Of a stretch of DNA of 64,000 nucleotides, positions 60,688-64,000 are shown one piece after another. Under the pieces are notes generated by a model. That model saw only the letters and a program-made list of their open reading frames with translations. It searched no databases and had not been told where the DNA came from. Position 1 is the first letter of the stretch; each line of letters starts with the position of its first letter. The DNA lies in assembly GCF_052425735.1 (NCBI RefSeq), contig NC_135769.1, positions 14,818,001 through 14,882,000 on the forward strand, read 5' to 3'. This stretch comes from Oculina patagonica (lineage: Eukaryota). Both the position numbers and the translations under genes were made by a program.

Positions 60688-60803
60688 CTGGCCATCTTTT
60701 GTTAGAGCCCATACACTGTTTAAACCAGCAGACACTTGCAGCAGCTGACAAGGTCCCACTTCAGGTGATGCAACAGGTGACGCAACTTTCTCCCAAGCTG
60801 TAC
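60688..60803 (-). CDS. TECPR1: TECPR1 exon (tectonin repeat)
   Basis: (G)TAWEKVASPVASPEVGPCQLLQVSAGLNSVWALTKDGQ|GTAAGC, phase 1-0. Confidence 0.9.
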
Positions 60804-61255
60804 CTGAAGTAACATTTTCAAACCAGTCACACCTTGTTTTTAATAAGATTACACACATATACTCTTGACATACTGCTGACTATTTCTGATTTCTGTTTGA
60901 TTCAATATAAAACTAATTATATTTACTGTTATAAGGGCATTTAAAGACATTTATATATACTTGTAGATGTTATTCAGTCTCACAAAGAGCAAGTAATGGA
61001 CCTAGTCTCATAATAATCAGTTGAAGCACTTGGTTTAAAACTGTGCTGGCCAACAGCAAAAAGAAAACACACACATGGGGCAACATTGATCACACATTTA
61101 TTTGGCATTTTAACTTGTCTTATTTGCATCAACTGGGTCAATTCACTGTATGATTTACTTGCAAGCATTTCCCTTGTTAATTCAAATGTAATTATGTCCA
61201 TGTAATAAAACAATATCAATGGTATAATGTGATGTTAACTAAATTTCTTCCTCAC

Positions 61256-61433
61256 CAGTTGGTTGATAGTAAGTGACACCAACCCGTACAACAGCCACAC
61301 CCTCCCAGGTAACTCCCCACACCACCCCTGATGGGCTCACAGACAGCTGGGTGATGCTTACTTGGGGGGAGGGTATCTCTATCCACTTGTCACCTTCAGG
61401 GCATTTTTCTGACACACCAGAACGGTAAATAAC
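61256..61433 (-). CDS. TECPR1: TECPR1 most 5' exon found in the window (tectonin repeat)
   Basis: VIYRSGVSEKCPEGDKWIEIPSPQVSITQLSVSPSGVVWGVTWEGVAVVRVGVTYYQPT(G)|GTGAGG, phase 0-1. Confidence 0.9.
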
Positions 61434-61842
61434 CTTAAAATGACAAGTGAAAAACAGATAACAAAGTGGTTGAACATGTATGTACTAGTACTGGCCAAGT
61501 GAAGCATGAATCTATTATTTACACTAGAGTCTCCTACTAACAGGGCTTTACTGCCTGAATACTGGAAGTTTTACCCACAAAGTTATAAATTATTCCCAAT
61601 CACCTTTTTAGGTACAAATGAAAAAATGTAGAAGCTGTGGACTTGTATTGTAGCCTTTATTACAGTAAAAATAGCTCAAGTGTTTTCCCCAAGGGTGATT
61701 TAATTAATTTATCAATGGAAATTTAATTTCATTCTTGCTTCAGTATTCTATCCTTGAATTGAATACATTAATCTTCAAATGACGACCTTATTTCAACAAA
61801 CTAAAACGTTGCTTTCATAATGTCTGTCTGTCGTCACAAAAA

Positions 61843-62130
61843 TAATCAAAGGCTCTTCAAGCAACCTCATGGTAATTTGGTATTTCGTGAGGGCCGCCTT
61901 TTTTTTTTTATTTTTTTTGTCCGGGGGGCGCGGGGTCTCGGCTCGTAGAGCGAATTCTACCTCACGGTGATCCCGCCCCGAGAGAGACCCTGGAGAGGAG
62001 GAGGATGACATGTGCTATGGCGCCTCAGCACGATGCATGTATTGCGGAAGATGGAGTGACGGAACACGTCACCAAGTTCGCGAATCATCACTACACCTCA
62101 TTACCATTCGGTAAAAACTGGGTCAATAAC
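61843..62130. repeat. Unclassified interspersed repeat; a related copy starts at ~54867
   Basis: AATCAAAGGCTCTTC(A/G)AGCAACCTCATGGTAATT is shared by both loci. It is followed in each by GGGCCG..CTT and CGTAG(A/C)GCGAATTCTA. Confidence 0.65.
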
Positions 62131-62429
62131 ATTTTTCCCCAGTTTGTCTTCAACATTAACAATTTTGTCCCTCTTCAGTTCACAAAAATGTCATGCCTCT
62201 CTTTTGGTATAATAACAATAGTGCGTGCAAATTTCATGTGAGTTTGCTCAAATGTGCATTACAGTTAAAAATATGGTACCTAAAAAAGCTAAAAGTTACA
62301 AGCTTAAAGTTAAAAGTAAAGCGTAAAAATTAAACTTCAAAAAACTAAGTTACAAGTTAAAAGCTACAAGCCCTAAAATACTACAAAAACTTACCGGTAA
62401 CTTAAAATCCAAAATTCTCAGAAATTACA

Positions 62430-63460
62430 ATTAATATTAGGATTTATAGCATATTATTATAATGTAATTACTTTAAGAATTTTGAACTCCATTTGAAATT
62501 TCACTGGGAGCTGATGTACACTGTAAATAAAAGGAGCAGTGTTATGTCAATATCTCCTTTGCTGGCAGACCAGTCGGATGGCAGCATTCTGTTTTCTTTG
62601 TAGCTTGTTTAGATGGTAGTAGGAAGTCCATACAAAAGGCTGTTGCAAAAGTCAATCCTAGCAGTAACAAATGCATGCACAAGAGTCTCGCTGCACTGCC
62701 TTTAGAGATATTTCCATTTCCATATACACCAAATGTTGTAGAGATAATAAAAGGAAGAACTAGACAAATTAGTGAAATGAGTAGACATTGAAAGCTTGGA
62801 GTCAAACCAAGAACTGCGGTTTCTAGCAGAGGTGACTGTAGAGACATTGGAATCTACAACTTGTTTGCTACTAATGTTAATTTTAGCCAACTGAGAGGTA
62901 TCAGAGGGTAATTAAAAAGTGCGTCATTTGAGAAAAAAGCAGTGTGATGTTTAATGGTTGTCCAGTTACAAATTCTAACATGCCTGTTGCATGAAGTCAG
63001 ACAAATAATCCATCAACATTCAAGTTTGGAATCATTATTCTTTGTTTTGACATTAAATAGATCACTTCCAGAATGTACCCTTGACAGGTCAGAATGCTTG
63101 AGCTGTTTTAATTTGACCGTAAACAATTTTTTTCAGTAACCTCTGTTTACTGCAAATTACATGCACATGTATAATATACGAGTATTGTGCAGTAAAGAGA
63201 GGTTGTTAAAAGTATAATTTTTGAATGAAAAAGTTTTAGCCTGAATCTCATAGTAGTACTGCATGCCTTACTGTTACATTGCCGCTAGACAAAGATTTTT
63301 TATAACTTTTCGATAACCTTTTGATGGCTTATGTTTCAAATGGCCAATCAAATTTGCAGAAGTGAGGAAGTTGAAGCTCTGAGAGTTGTAAGAGGGCAAA
63401 CATGTAACTTGAAAACTTTGCATTCTTAGTGGCAAGTTCAACAAATTAAAAGCAATAATG
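62430..63460 (-). mobile_element. Highly decayed L2/CR1-group LINE reverse-transcriptase remnant
   Basis: Frameshifted pieces read VTSARN..SWFDSKLSMSTHFTNLSSSSFYYLYNI...KYL, then HAFVTARIDFCNSLLYGL, typical of the L2-type ORF2 C-terminus. Confidence 0.75.
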
Positions 63461-64000
63461 TGCAGCACTGCAAGTCAATTATGTTATTACGTGTCATGTA
63501 ATTAATAAAAAAAAGATGTTAAAGAAGATTAACTCTGACGGTGCATGATGTTATCAAATCATTAATAGTCCCAAGATTATAACTCGGATCCTAAGGATAC
63601 TGCTAGTATCTATTTTTTACCTGATAAACCAATTCAATTGATACTGGCTGTGGCTACACTAAGACAGTTGACTGGGTAATGTTTTTAGAAACCTGGTTAA
63701 ATATTTCCACACAACTAGACTTGGTTAAAGAATGGGTACAATACCTAACTCGGTGAAGTTAAGATCAGCTGAAGTGATGTCAGGATTAGGCATCACTTAA
63801 GAAAGTATGTAAACAAGCAAAATAACTGGCTATCATGATCATGTTATCATTTGCTTGATTCTTTTCCTGCTTTTTAGATTCATTTCAATGTGTTTTCAAC
63901 TTAGTCACATTTTCTTTTCCTTCCTGCTAATGCATTCTATGCAAATTTCAAATGAAGATTTTTCAAACATGTTGATTACCTGTTGAACAGGCTGTGTTCT

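Overview
This is AT-rich eukaryotic genomic DNA with GT-AG introns. The gene families and repeat types suggest an anthozoan cnidarian, probably a stony coral (inference). There is no CRISPR array, rRNA or recognisable tRNA gene. Five protein genes are supported: (1) an intronless Aa_trans/SLC32 (VGAT)-like amino-acid transporter (+, 4995-6311); (2) a two-exon Krueppel-like factor with a KLF6/7-type N-terminus (+, 21922-23353); (3) an intronless 1058-aa orphan protein with hydrophobic membrane anchors and an FFAT-like motif (-, 37718-40894); (4) the last 14 coding exons of TECPR1 (-, 45985-61433, 881 aa, all splice phases compatible; the 5' part was not found in the window); (5) an intronless class-A GPCR nested on the same strand in a TECPR1 intron (-, 51237-52202). 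The remainder is dense with repeats. These include an 18-bp and a 40-bp minisatellite, a decayed PIF/Harbinger element, pogo/Tigger-type, hAT-type and other MITEs, a 1.77-kb TTAA-flanked foldback element just past the TECPR1 stop, LINE remnants and spacer-less palindromes. There is also a recurring class of small hairpin elements that start with TTAACAA and carry C(GNA)G mini-hairpins. Most short ORFs in the supplied track are repeat-derived or antisense shadows.
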